Part shown: positions 28,508-37,961 of the stretch, piece by piece
How the letters are laid out: every line of letters begins with the position of its first letter
Position numbering within the stretch: position 1 is the first letter of the stretch
Source: Candidatus Tectomicrobia bacterium RIFCSPLOWO2_12_FULL_69_37
GTDB lineage: Bacteria; UBA8248
NCBI GenBank assembly: GCA_001790955.1
Contig: MGDP01000039.1
Coordinates: forward strand, 193-64,192
DNA length: 64,000 bases
Direction of reading: 5' to 3'
The notes under the pieces: model-generated
Database searches by the model: none
Told to the model about the DNA's origin: nothing
What the model saw: the letters and a program-made list of their open reading frames with translations, nothing else
Made by a program: the position numbers and the translations under genes

Positions 28508-29165
28508 CTATTCCGCCGGCCCGGGGAACGTCCGGGGCCAGCTCTCCACGAGGCCGGAGAGATAGCGCACCAGGTCCCCCGCGTCCTGCCGTCGGCTGTC
28601 CTTGGCGCGGTCGATGCTCTCCTGCGCCTCGAGCGGTATCCGGAGGGAGTCCTGAAACCGGTTCCGCATGTTGAAGTAGGTGATCACCATGGTCAGCTCG
28701 ACGAGTTCGGGCCGCGAGAAACGCCGGCTCACCTCCGCGAACACGTCATCCCGCGACTTGGCCGTGTTCCGGGTGACGTGCCCGGCCCAGAGGACTGCGG
28801 CCTTCTCCCGGGGAGAGAGGAGCGGCGAATCCATGTAGCGGTCCGTGCCGATGACCTGGATCTGCTCGTCCGTGATCCCGGCCGCCCGGCCGAGCGCCGT
28901 GTTGTGGGCGAGTCAGTAGTTGCACCCGTTCACCTGGCTCGTCTTGATGACGGCCATCTCCTTGAGCTTCGTCTTCAGGACAGACCCGAGCCCTTCCCGC
29001 ATCAGGGTCACCGTGAAGGGAAGCAGCACCCGCGCGGCGTAGGGCGCGTGGGCCATCACCCGCCAGGAGTTGGGGACCCGCCCCGAGCATCTTCTCGGCG
29101 CTCGCGTAAAAGCGCTTCATACCGCCCCCGGCTTCCTCCTCCGGGACTCCTGGGATTCGGGACAT
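28508..29165 (-). CDS. AhpD/carboxymuconolactone-decarboxylase-family selenoprotein (CxxU motif; Sec TGA at 28913..28915), with an apparent frameshift near the 5' end
   Basis: The minus-strand frame continuous with ORF 28508..28834 reads '...KEMAVIKTSQVNGCNY-U-LAHNTALGRAAGITDEQIQVIGTDRYMDSPLLSPREKAAVLW...'. The TGA sits where AhpD/CMD proteins have the second Cys of CxxC(xxH). The N-terminal 'MSRIPGVPEEEAGGGMKRFYASAEKMLG' lies in a different frame (track ORF 28746..29165), implying a 1-nt indel around 29070..29085. Confidence 0.55.
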
Positions 29166-29207
29166 CTCGCGCCCGCCGGCTCACAAGTCGTCATGCGGCG
29201 CGCAACC

Positions 29208-29609
29208 TCACGCCTTGCCCTTCCCTTGCGCCTGCTCGTCCGCGATCCGTTTCAGTGCGTAGAGGCCCTCCATGAGCACGGGGGCGCCCCCGCCGATGCT
29301 CGCCACCTCGAACGCCTCCAGGACTTCCTCCATGGTGGCCCCCAAGCGCAGGGCCTTCTTCGCGTGAGTATAGACCTCGTGCTTCATCCCCTTGAACGCC
29401 AGGATCCCCAGCTCGATCAATTCCCGGGTCTTGGGATCCAGGTGGCGCGGCTCCTCCTTGAAGAAACCCCAATGCATCTGGGCGTACACCTCGAAGTAGT
29501 CGGGGTCCAACTGCGCGCCAAAACCCAGCACGTCATAGACGAAGCCCCGGTCTCGGTGAATCCTCTCGGTGATCCGGCGGACCCGCTCCTCGCGCGTTTC
29601 AGGCGCCAT
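29208..29609 (-). CDS. carboxymuconolactone decarboxylase (CMD) family protein
   Basis: 133-aa C-terminal portion of the track ORF beginning at MAPETREERV. CMD-like helix pattern. Confidence 0.6.
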   Translation of the reverse strand: MAPETREERVRRITERIHRDRGFVYDVLGFGAQLDPDYFEVYAQMHWGFFKEEPRHLDPKTRELIELGILAFKGMKHEVYTHAKKALRLGATMEEVLEAFEVASIGGGAPVLMEGLYALKRIADEQAQGKGKA

Positions 29610-29942
29610 GGCCGTGTTCCTCCCATCTCGAAATGGAAAGCCCCACACACCCGGAAAGCGGATCATTACGCGGTTTGTGACAACCGTATGTTCGGCCCCG
29701 CGGCGGCCAATGTCAACGCTGCCCGTCCTCCGCGCGCGCTTCTCCGCCCCGGATCCGCCCCCTGGAAGGAGGGAGGGGACATCCCGACAAAAATCGGGCC
29801 GCCCATTCCCGGGGGGACGCGGCGCAGAAAGAGGAGCCGGGGAAGCCCGCGGACCTCCCTCCGCGCGCGTCCAGATTGACGGTCCGGGTGAACCCGGGCA
29901 TCCTGAAATCCCCAACACGTCAGCCAGCGTGCGAGGTGGGTC

Positions 29943-30875
29943 GTGGCCATCTATGTCCTCAAACGGCTGCTTTGGCTCGCGCCCGTCCTCTTCGGCGTTT
30001 CGCTCGTCATCTTCCTCTCCATCCGCCTGATCCCGGGAGACCCCGCCGAGGCCCTGGCCGGGGAGTACGCCACCCCGGAGTACGTCGAGGAAATCCGCCG
30101 CGAGTACGGCCTGGACAAGCCCATCCATGTCCAATACCTCGTTTTCCTCCGCCGCCTGGCGCGGGGGGACTTGGGCCGCTCCATCCGATCCGACCGGCCG
30201 GTGCTGGACGAAGTGCTCGCGCGCTTCATCAACACCCTCCACCTCGCGCTATGGTCCATGCTCCTCGCCACCTTGCTGGGCCTCATCGCCGGGGTGATCT
30301 CAGCCACGCGTCCCTACTCCAAGTTCGACTACGGCAGCATGACGGGGGCGCTCCTCGGAATCTCCATGCCCTCCTTCTGGCTCGGCCTCATCCTCATCTG
30401 GTTTTTTTCGGTTCAGCTCGGCTGGCTTCCCGCGGGAGGCAAGGGCACGGTGGCTCATCTGGTCATGCCCGTCTTCACCCTCGGGGCGACGGCGGCCGGC
30501 CTCGTGGCACGCATGACGCGCAATTCGATGCTGGAGATCATCCACAGCGAGTACATCATCACCGCCCGGGCAAAGGGCCTGGCGGATCCGGCGGTCCACT
30601 ACGTCCACGCCTTGAGAAACGCCCTCCTGCCCGTGGTGACCGTCATCGGCCTCCAGTCCGGCTACCTGCTCGGCGGATCGGTCATCACCGAGTCCGTCTT
30701 CGCCTGGCCGGGCCTCGGACGGCTCATCGTGGACGCCATCAAGCTGCGAGACTACCCGGTGGTCCAAGGCTCGCTCCTCGTCTTCGCGCTGAGCTTCGCC
30801 CTCGTGAACCTGGCCGTGGACCTCCTGTACGCCGTGATCAACCCGCGGATCCGCGTCGGGAGGGGAGGCCGGTGA
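29943..30875 (+). CDS. ABC transporter permease, DppB/OppB family
   Basis: GTG start with RBS gaggtggg. Typical N-terminus 'YVLKRLLWLAPVLFGVSLVIFL..IPGDP'. EAA-loop region present. Confidence 0.85.
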   Translation: MAIYVLKRLLWLAPVLFGVSLVIFLSIRLIPGDPAEALAGEYATPEYVEEIRREYGLDKPIHVQYLVFLRRLARGDLGRSIRSDRPVLDEVLARFINTLHLALWSMLLATLLGLIAGVISATRPYSKFDYGSMTGALLGISMPSFWLGLILIWFFSVQLGWLPAGGKGTVAHLVMPVFTLGATAAGLVARMTRNSMLEIIHSEYIITARAKGLADPAVHYVHALRNALLPVVTVIGLQSGYLLGGSVITESVFAWPGLGRLIVDAIKLRDYPVVQGSLLVFALSFALVNLAVDLLYAVINPRIRVGRGGR

Positions 30876-31771
30876 GCCGGGCGCTTGAGGCGGCCGCTGC
30901 CCCCCCGCAGGAAGAAGCGGAGCCCTCGCTTGGCTTGTGGGCCGTCGGCTGGAACCGCCTTTGCCGCCACCGGGTGGCTCTCGCCGGGGGCGTGTGCATC
31001 TTGATCTTCATCCTCGCCGCCCTCCTGGCACCCTTGCTCTCGCCCTACGATCCCCTCGAAACCAATCTGCACGCCACCCTGAAAAAGCCGTCGCTCGCCC
31101 ATTGGCTCGGGACGGACCACTTCGGGCGGGATGTCCTGAGCCGGATCATCTTCGGAGCCCGCACTTCGCTGGTCATCGGGGTCGTGGCGGTGCTGATCGG
31201 GGCCGTGGGGGGGATCCTGCTGGGGCTCGTCGGAGGCTATTTCGGAGGCACGCTCGACAATGCCATCATGCGGGTGGTGGACGTGGCGCTCACCTTCCCC
31301 CGAATCTTGCTGGCCATCCTCCTCATCGCCATCGTCGGCAGCGGAACGCAGAACATCATGCTGGCGGTGGGCCTCTTCTCCGTCCCCACCTTCGCCCGGC
31401 TCGTGCGCAGCTCCGTGCTCGCCCTGAAGGAGACCGAGTTCGTGGAAGCAGCGCGGGCCATCGGCAACGGCCACCGGCGCATCTTGCTCCACCACATCTT
31501 CCCCGGGACGCTGGGGCCCATCGTGGTGCAATCCACCTTCCTGATGGCCACTTCCATCCGCGTGGCGTCCGGCTTGAGCTTCCTCGGCATCGGGGTGACG
31601 CCGCCCACCCCGGAATGGGGAGCCATGCTGGCCGACGCGCGGAGCTACATGGCGCTCGCGCCCCATCTGCTCACCATTCCGGGCTCGGCCCTGATGATGG
31701 TGGTTCTCTCGTTCAACCTGCTGGGGGACGGGCTCCGGGACGCCCTAGACCCGCGCCTGAAGCGGATCTAG
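30872..31771 (+). CDS. ABC transporter permease, DppC/OppC family
   Basis: GTG start overlapping the dppB-like stop (GTGA). Conserved 'HWLGTDHFGRDVLSRIIFGAR'. Confidence 0.85.
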   Translation: MSRALEAAAAPPQEEAEPSLGLWAVGWNRLCRHRVALAGGVCILIFILAALLAPLLSPYDPLETNLHATLKKPSLAHWLGTDHFGRDVLSRIIFGARTSLVIGVVAVLIGAVGGILLGLVGGYFGGTLDNAIMRVVDVALTFPRILLAILLIAIVGSGTQNIMLAVGLFSVPTFARLVRSSVLALKETEFVEAARAIGNGHRRILLHHIFPGTLGPIVVQSTFLMATSIRVASGLSFLGIGVTPPTPEWGAMLADARSYMALAPHLLTIPGSALMMVVLSFNLLGDGLRDALDPRLKRI

Positions 31772-31796
31772 GGCGCCCCTCGCCGCAGAGGATTGA

Positions 31797-33335
31797 TCAG
31801 TCGTCCAGGCGCGCCTTGTGGAAATAAACGCGCTCGGACGGATGCAAGATCACGCCGTGCAGCTTCTTCGACTTCCCGACCAGCATCACCTCCTGCTTCA
31901 GGAAGACCCAGGGCGCGTCCTGGATGACGACCTTGACCGCTTCCTTGTAGAGCGCCTTGCGCTTCCCGGCGTCGACCGTCGAGCGGGCCTGCTCGAGCAG
32001 CTTGTCAACCACAGGGTTCTTGTAGCGGTCGTAGTTGCCCTGGGCGCCCCACATGGAAGAGTGGAACTTGAAGTACATGGCCATGTCGGCGTCGCCCGAC
32101 ATCACGCCCCAGCCGTAGAAGTAGACCGGCGCCTTGCCGTTGCGGATGGTCGGGGCGACCAAGCCCCAGTCTCCCGTCCGGAGCTTCGCCTTGACGCCCA
32201 CCTTCGCCAGCTGGGCCTGGATGGCCTCGGCGGCGATCTTGTCGGCGGTGTACTTCCCCGTGGGATGCCAGAGATCGGTCTCGAAGCCGCTGGGGAAGCC
32301 TGCCTCCTTGAGAAGCCTCTTGGCTTTCTCAGGGTCGTAGCTGTAGCCCATCTTTTCGAATTCGGGGTCGTACCCCCAGGTGGCTGGCCCGAAGGGCCCC
32401 CGGAGATGCTTGCCCGTCTTCATCATCAGCTTGTCCACGATGACCTGGGTGTCGATGGCGTAGTTCATGGCCCGGCGGACGAGCGGATTGTCGAAGGGCT
32501 TGATCAGGTTGTTCATCCCGATATACACGACCCGGAACAAAGGCGCGCTCACCAGGTCCAGCTTTGGATCCTTCTCCACCTCCTGCATCTGCGCGGGAGG
32601 CAGGTACATCGCCAAATGGGACTGGCCGGCCCGGAGCTGGAGCACCCGCGTGGTGTCCTCGGGGATCACGCGGAACTCCAGTTGATCGATGGCGGGTCTG
32701 CCGCCCCAATAGTTGGGATTGGCCTCGAACTGCATGTACTCGCCCGGCTCCCATTTCTTGAAGATGAAGGGCCCCGTCCCCACGGGACGGCGGCGGAAGT
32801 CCTTGCCGTGCTTCTTGACGGCCGCCGGGCTGGCCATCGCCGCCACCGGGATGGCCAGGTTCGCCAGGATGGGGCCGTAGGGGTTCTTGAGCTTGATCTC
32901 AACCGTCTGGTCGTCGAGCACCTTGACGGATTTGATCATCCGGATGTAGCCGGCCCAGCGGGCGGCCTTGTTGTTGATGACGCGCTCGAAGTTGAACTTC
33001 ACGTCCTCCGCCTTGAAGGGCGTCCCGTCATGGTACCGGACGCCCTTGCGGAGGGTGAACACCAGGGTGGTGTCGTCCTTGAATTTCCAGGAGGTGGCGA
33101 GATTCGGCTCGATCTTCCCATCCGGCGTCTGGAACACCAGGGTGTCGTAAAGGTCCACGTGGACCAAGGCGTCATACGTCCCGGTGGGGTGAAGGGACGG
33201 GTCGAGGCTCTGGGCGTCGGCACCCGCAGTGAAAATCACCTTCTTCTGTGCCGAGGCGGCGGGGGAAGCACCCAGGCTCAGGGCCAAGGAGAATGCCGCA
33301 CAGGCGAGCAAGGCGGTTCGGGCTGGGGACCTCAT
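31797..33335 (-). CDS. ABC transporter substrate-binding protein, family 5 (DppA/OppA-like)
   Basis: Signal peptide MRSPARTALLACAAFSLALSLGASPAASA. Family-5 solute-binding protein composition. Convergent with the permease genes. Confidence 0.8.
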   Translation of the reverse strand: MRSPARTALLACAAFSLALSLGASPAASAQKKVIFTAGADAQSLDPSLHPTGTYDALVHVDLYDTLVFQTPDGKIEPNLATSWKFKDDTTLVFTLRKGVRYHDGTPFKAEDVKFNFERVINNKAARWAGYIRMIKSVKVLDDQTVEIKLKNPYGPILANLAIPVAAMASPAAVKKHGKDFRRRPVGTGPFIFKKWEPGEYMQFEANPNYWGGRPAIDQLEFRVIPEDTTRVLQLRAGQSHLAMYLPPAQMQEVEKDPKLDLVSAPLFRVVYIGMNNLIKPFDNPLVRRAMNYAIDTQVIVDKLMMKTGKHLRGPFGPATWGYDPEFEKMGYSYDPEKAKRLLKEAGFPSGFETDLWHPTGKYTADKIAAEAIQAQLAKVGVKAKLRTGDWGLVAPTIRNGKAPVYFYGWGVMSGDADMAMYFKFHSSMWGAQGNYDRYKNPVVDKLLEQARSTVDAGKRKALYKEAVKVVIQDAPWVFLKQEVMLVGKSKKLHGVILHPSERVYFHKARLDD

Positions 33336-33630
33336 TTCGCCTCCCTCCAGATGATCGTTCGTGGTGGACGCCACTGGGGATTCACCCCTCCCGGGAGAAA
33401 CGGTGCGGGAGGATCACCCAGCCAAAAAAAGCCGCAGGAGTTATAATATATTCTTACGCCGCCGCGGCGGGAGCGTCAATATCGGCGGCCCAGAGAGGGC
33501 CGCTGGCCGGCACGTCCCATCCGGAGCGAGCGCCGCACGGGAGACTGGAATCATTCCAGGATCGTCCGGGCAATCATCATTCGATCCGAGCGGATTTTCG
33601 ATCCCGCTCACACCGTTGGGGTGAACTGAG

Positions 33631-34989
33631 ATGAACGCGACCGAGCGGATGGCGGAGTTCATAGTGACGACCCGTCTGGAGCGCATTCCGGACGCGGTGA
33701 TCGCCTCGGCGAAGCGGGCGATCCTGGACACCTTGGGCGTCACCGTGGCGGGCGCCTCGGAGCCGGTGGGGCGGACGATCGTCGAGTATGTCCGCGGCAT
33801 GGGAGCCGCCGGCGATGCGACCATCCTGGCGGCCGGGCTCAAGACCTCCCCGCCCTTGGCCGCCCTGGCCAACGGCGCCCAGGGGCACGCCCTCGACTTC
33901 GACGACTCGAACTGGTCGCTCAACGGCCACGCCAGCGTGGGCGTCCTACCCGCGGTCCTGGCCCAGGCCGAGGCCCAGGGAGCATCCGGCGGAGAGGCGC
34001 TCGAAGCCTACGTCATCGGCTTCGAAGTCTCTTCGAAGCTCGGGGCCGGGATGAACATGGGCTTGTACTACAACGGCTGGCACCCCACCGCGGCGCTGGG
34101 CGCCATGGGGGCCACGGCCGCCGCCGCCCGCCTCCGTGGGCTCGACGTCGAGCGGACGCGCGTTGCCCTGGGCTGCGCCGCCTCGCACGCCTCGGGGATC
34201 CGGGCCAACTTCGGAACGATGATGAAGCCCATGCACGCCGGCCTCGCCGCCGAGTCCGGCGTCCGCTCGGCCGCCCTGGCCGCGGCCGGAATATCGGCCA
34301 ACCGCCAAGTGCTGGAGGCTCCCAGCGGCTTCGGCGACACCTTCAGCGGGGCCGGGAAGCACCGCATCGGAGAGGCCGTGGAGGGGTTGGGGCGGCCCTT
34401 CGTTCTGGAGTCCCCGGGAAACAACATCAAGCCCTATCCCTGCTGCATGTCGGCCCATGCCGCGGTCGATACCCTGCGGGACCTGATGGCAGGTTCCGGC
34501 TTCGCCGCCGAGGATGTCGAGCGCATCGACGTGGAGCTTCCCGAGCCGAACGTCCTCAACTTGAGCTACCACCAGCCCAAGACGGGGCTCGAGGGGAAGT
34601 TCTCGGGCGAATACATCCTCTCCCGCCTGATGGTGGATGGAGAGCTGCGCTTGAGCACCTTCACCGACGCCGCCGTGAGCGACTCCCATATCCAGGGCCT
34701 GATGAAAAGGATTCACGTCCGCGTCGCCGAAAACCTCGAATGGGCCCAGGGCACCGGCCGGCCGGCCCTCGTCACCGTCCGCACGAGGGACGGCCGCACC
34801 CTCCAGAAGCGCAGGCAAGGCTCGCGCGGAAACGCCGCCTGGCCGCTGACGGACGAGGAGCTGCGCGCCAAATTCCGCGACTGCGCCGGCGCCCGCCTCG
34901 GCCCCGTGAAGACGGAGGCGGTCATCGAGCAGCTGGCCGGCCTGGAGAAGCTCGCGGATATCCGGACCCTGATATCCCTCCTGGCCTGA
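33631..34989 (+). CDS. MmgE/PrpD-family protein (2-methylcitrate dehydratase-like)
   Basis: 452 aa. N-terminal 'RLERIPDAVIASAKRAILDTLGVTVAGA', 'HALDFDD' and 'NGWHPTAALGAMGA' are characteristic. Confidence 0.85.
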   Translation: MNATERMAEFIVTTRLERIPDAVIASAKRAILDTLGVTVAGASEPVGRTIVEYVRGMGAAGDATILAAGLKTSPPLAALANGAQGHALDFDDSNWSLNGHASVGVLPAVLAQAEAQGASGGEALEAYVIGFEVSSKLGAGMNMGLYYNGWHPTAALGAMGATAAAARLRGLDVERTRVALGCAASHASGIRANFGTMMKPMHAGLAAESGVRSAALAAAGISANRQVLEAPSGFGDTFSGAGKHRIGEAVEGLGRPFVLESPGNNIKPYPCCMSAHAAVDTLRDLMAGSGFAAEDVERIDVELPEPNVLNLSYHQPKTGLEGKFSGEYILSRLMVDGELRLSTFTDAAVSDSHIQGLMKRIHVRVAENLEWAQGTGRPALVTVRTRDGRTLQKRRQGSRGNAAWPLTDEELRAKFRDCAGARLGPVKTEAVIEQLAGLEKLADIRTLISLLA

Positions 34990-35291
34990 GAGCGGCCGGC
35001 TCGACCCCGCTCCCGTCCAAGAGGAGACCAGCCCGAACCCCTGCCGCCCCGGAGAGGTCCCCGGCTCCTTCTACGAATCCATGAAGCTGGACGGGTATCC
35101 CCCGAACATCCGGTTTCATTGCTGGCGGAGCGAAAAAAGCGGCCACAAGCCGCCGGAGGCCGTCGTCCTCGCGAGAAGCCCGGAGGAAAGTATCATACGA
35201 GACGAAGGAGAGAGCTGCCTGCCGGGAAAGTGACGCCCGGCGGCCCCGTGGCAGCGGACTTCAATGCCTCGCGAATGGGAGGATCTGTGCG

Positions 35292-36263
35292 ATGAAGGCA
35301 GTGCGCGTGCATCAGTTGGGCTTGGATGTCCCGATGCACCTCGACGAAGTGGAAGATGCCCGGCCCGGGCCCGGCGAACTGCTGGTGAAGCTCGGCGCCG
35401 CGGGCGTGAACCCCTCCGACGTGGCCACGCGGATGGGGACTCACGTTCACGCCGGGGGCGGGCTCCCCTATATCCCCGGCCTCGAGGCGGCGGGCGAGGT
35501 GGTGGGCCTGGGGGAGGGCGTAAAGGAGTTCCGCGCCGGGCAGCGCGTCTTCGGCCGCTGCGCGGGAGGATCCTACGCCGAGCTCGTCCGGATGGACGCG
35601 GGGACCGCCGCCGTGCTGCCCGAGCCCTACAGCTACCGAGAGGGCGCCGGGATCACCCTGCCGTTCCGGACGGCCTGGAACGCCCTCTTCTTCAAGGCGC
35701 ACGCGGGCCCGGGCGAGACGGTGCTCGTCCAGGGAGGGGCCGGGGGCGTCGGGATGGCGGCCATCCAGCTGGCCAAGCTGACGGGCTGCCGCGTATTCGC
35801 CACGGCGAGCTCGGACGAGAAGGCGGCCTTCTGCCGGGACATGGGCGCGGACGTGGTGATCAACTACCGCACGGAGGACTTCGCGGCCCGCTGCAAGGAG
35901 CTGACGGGCGGCCGGGGGGTGGAGGTCATCGTTGAAGTCTCCGGGCGCGAGAACCTCGGGAAAGACCTCGACGCCCTCTGCGTGAACGGCCGCATCGTGG
36001 TCATGGCCGCGGGGCGGGGGGAAGGAGCGGCCGCCCTGCCCGTGCCCGCCCTGATGACGAAGGACGCGCAGGTCTTCGGGATCACGGGGGTCAATCTCGT
36101 CCCCAGAATGCCCGAGTACGTCCGCCGCCTCGTGCCGCTGCTACGCCAGAACCGATTGAAAATCTATGTGGATCGGGCTTTCTCCTTCGCCGACGCGGAG
36201 GCCGCCCATGCCCTCGCCCGCAGCGGGGATTTCTTGGGAAAGATCGTCCTGGTTCCCGCGTGA
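35292..36263 (+). CDS. zinc-binding dehydrogenase / NADPH:quinone oxidoreductase (MDR family)
   Basis: 323 aa. 'VLVQGGAGGVGMAAIQLAKLTG' cofactor-binding motif. Confidence 0.85.
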   Translation: MKAVRVHQLGLDVPMHLDEVEDARPGPGELLVKLGAAGVNPSDVATRMGTHVHAGGGLPYIPGLEAAGEVVGLGEGVKEFRAGQRVFGRCAGGSYAELVRMDAGTAAVLPEPYSYREGAGITLPFRTAWNALFFKAHAGPGETVLVQGGAGGVGMAAIQLAKLTGCRVFATASSDEKAAFCRDMGADVVINYRTEDFAARCKELTGGRGVEVIVEVSGRENLGKDLDALCVNGRIVVMAAGRGEGAAALPVPALMTKDAQVFGITGVNLVPRMPEYVRRLVPLLRQNRLKIYVDRAFSFADAEAAHALARSGDFLGKIVLVPA

Positions 36264-36399
36264 GGACTGCGCAACGGGCGCAGGTAGCTAGCCGCAGGGA
36301 TTCGCGGGCATGGCCGGCGGGGAGAGCTGAGTCACCCAAGCTCGGTTGATGCACGGGGGTGGAAAGTCAGCCTTAGCCTGCTTCGCAAGTTCCCGTGCG

Positions 36400-36560
36400 C
36401 CAAAATTTCCCAATGTGCGTACATGTTTGTCATTTTGCCCCAGGGCATTATCTCAGCAAAGCAATAAACCTTACAACTAATTGTTTTAATTACTGTAATA
36501 CATAATAACTCGCTCGCATATCTGGCATGGGGATTGCTTTCACTCAAGTGACGAAGCTGG
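36400..36560 (+). promoter_or_regulatory. AT-rich intergenic island (probable promoter/regulatory region for the cytochrome-rhodanese operon)
   Basis: About 160 nt with much lower GC than the surroundings (ttgtcattttgccccagggcattatctcagcaaagcaataaaccttacaactaattgttttaattactgtaatacataataactcgc). Lies inside a 400-nt intergenic gap upstream of 36668. Confidence 0.35.
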
Positions 36561-36667
36561 CCCTTCCCGCTCTTTGTGATCCGGCCCTCCCGTTACCGAA
36601 GCTTTTCCACCGTCCTCCGGAGGCCGGTTGGAGGACGCTGACGAAATCGGCCCATAGGAGTTGAGTG

Positions 36668-37948
36668 ATGCAAGGGCCGGTATTCATTCCGCGGGGAGGG
36701 CACCATCCGATGCGGCGAGTGTTCTGGTTCCCCTTAGCAGCCTTCTTGCTGCTTGCCTGGCCCCAGACGGGTCAAGCCGCGGGCCAGTGCGTGGCGTGCC
36801 ATACCGACGCCGCCAAGCTCAAGGCGCTGGTCCAGGCCCCTGCCGAAACCGCCGAAGAGGAAGGATCGAGCTGAGCGGCCCCCATCCCCCGGTCGGGGGA
36901 GCTCTGGGAGCGGTTCCTCGTGAAGAGCGAGTTCGTGCAGTCGACCCACGGGAAGCTCGGCTGCAGCAATTGCCACGGCGGCGACCCCGCCGCGGCGGAT
37001 AAGGAGAAGGCCCACGCCAAGCGGATCTCCCGCCCTTCCGAGGCGATGGAGAAGCAATGCGGCACCTGCCATGCGGAAACCGTGAAGCTCTACAAGACAT
37101 CCCTCCACTTCACGACCCGCGGCTACGATACGGTCATGAAGGCCAAGAGCGGCGCCAAGTGGCCGGAGGTCCACCCGATCGTGCAGCAGGCCTGCCACAC
37201 CTGCCACGCGAGCTGCGGCGACTGCCACGTGCGCTGGCCCAAGCCGGCCGGAGGCGGGCTCCTGAACGGCCACCTCTTCGTGAAAAAGCCTCCCGCCGAA
37301 TCCACCTGCAACGGCTGTCACAGCGGCCGGGTCAGCGCCGACTATTTCGGCTGGAACACGGACCAGCCGGCCGACGTCCATTGGAAGAAGGCCAAGATGG
37401 ATTGCATGGCCTGCCACCAAGTGAAGGACCTCCACGGCGACGGAACGGCCTATCCTTACCGGCTGGACCGCACCACCCAGCCGCGCTGCGTGGATTGCCA
37501 CCCGCAGGCGGCTCCGGGCAAGTCGCCCCTCTTGGCCCACAACGTCCACGGGGACAAGCTGCAGTGCAACGTCTGCCACTCGGTCAAGTACACCAATTGC
37601 TACGGCTGCCATCTGGGAAAAGGGGCAGAGCCCGAGCTGGACTTCCGCATCGGCCTGAACCAGCGGAAGGACCGTCCTTACGCCTACAACCTCGTCCGCC
37701 ACATCCCTACGACGAGGGAGATGCTGAGCGCCAAGGTGCCCGACGCGCTGCCCAACTACGACGACAACCCCACATGGCTGGCGACTTTCCCGCACAACAT
37801 CCAGCGGATCACGCCCCAGAACAAGACGTGCGACGGCTGCCACGGAAACGAAGGTTTGTTCCTCCTGAAAGAGAACCTCGATCCACGCTATCCGAAGGCC
37901 AATCTCAAGGTGGCGGTCCCCCGGGTGCCGCCGAAACTCACGAAATAA
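36668..37948 (+). CDS. putative 11-heme c-type cytochrome with in-frame TGA (candidate selenocysteine at 36872..36874)
   Basis: RBS AGGAG 9 nt before ATG 36668. Signal peptide (RRVFWFPLAAFLLLAWPQTGQAAG), then heme 1 CVACH, then '...AETAEEEGSS-U-AAPIPRSGELWERFLVKSEF...'. The downstream track ORF 36920..37948 is in the same frame, has ten CxxCH motifs and no signal peptide of its own. The hairpin ccccc-GGUC-ggggg begins exactly 11 nt after the TGA. Confidence 0.55.
36875..36908 (+). promoter_or_regulatory. candidate SECIS element (11-nt spacer plus CCCCC-GGUC-GGGGG hairpin with lower stem CCCA/UGGG)
   Basis: The apical loop GGUC is identical to the fdhF SECIS loop. The spacer length matches the E. 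coli rule. Confidence 0.45.
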
Positions 37949-37961
37949 GGAGAAGATAAAG

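Noticed and set aside
36872-36874. TGA as a genuine stop separating a 69-aa monoheme cytochrome from an independent decaheme cytochrome
   Set aside because: The downstream ORF has no signal peptide, no RBS and no alternative start. A SECIS-like hairpin sits at the canonical 11-nt distance. Retained as the alternative hypothesis to be tested with read data.
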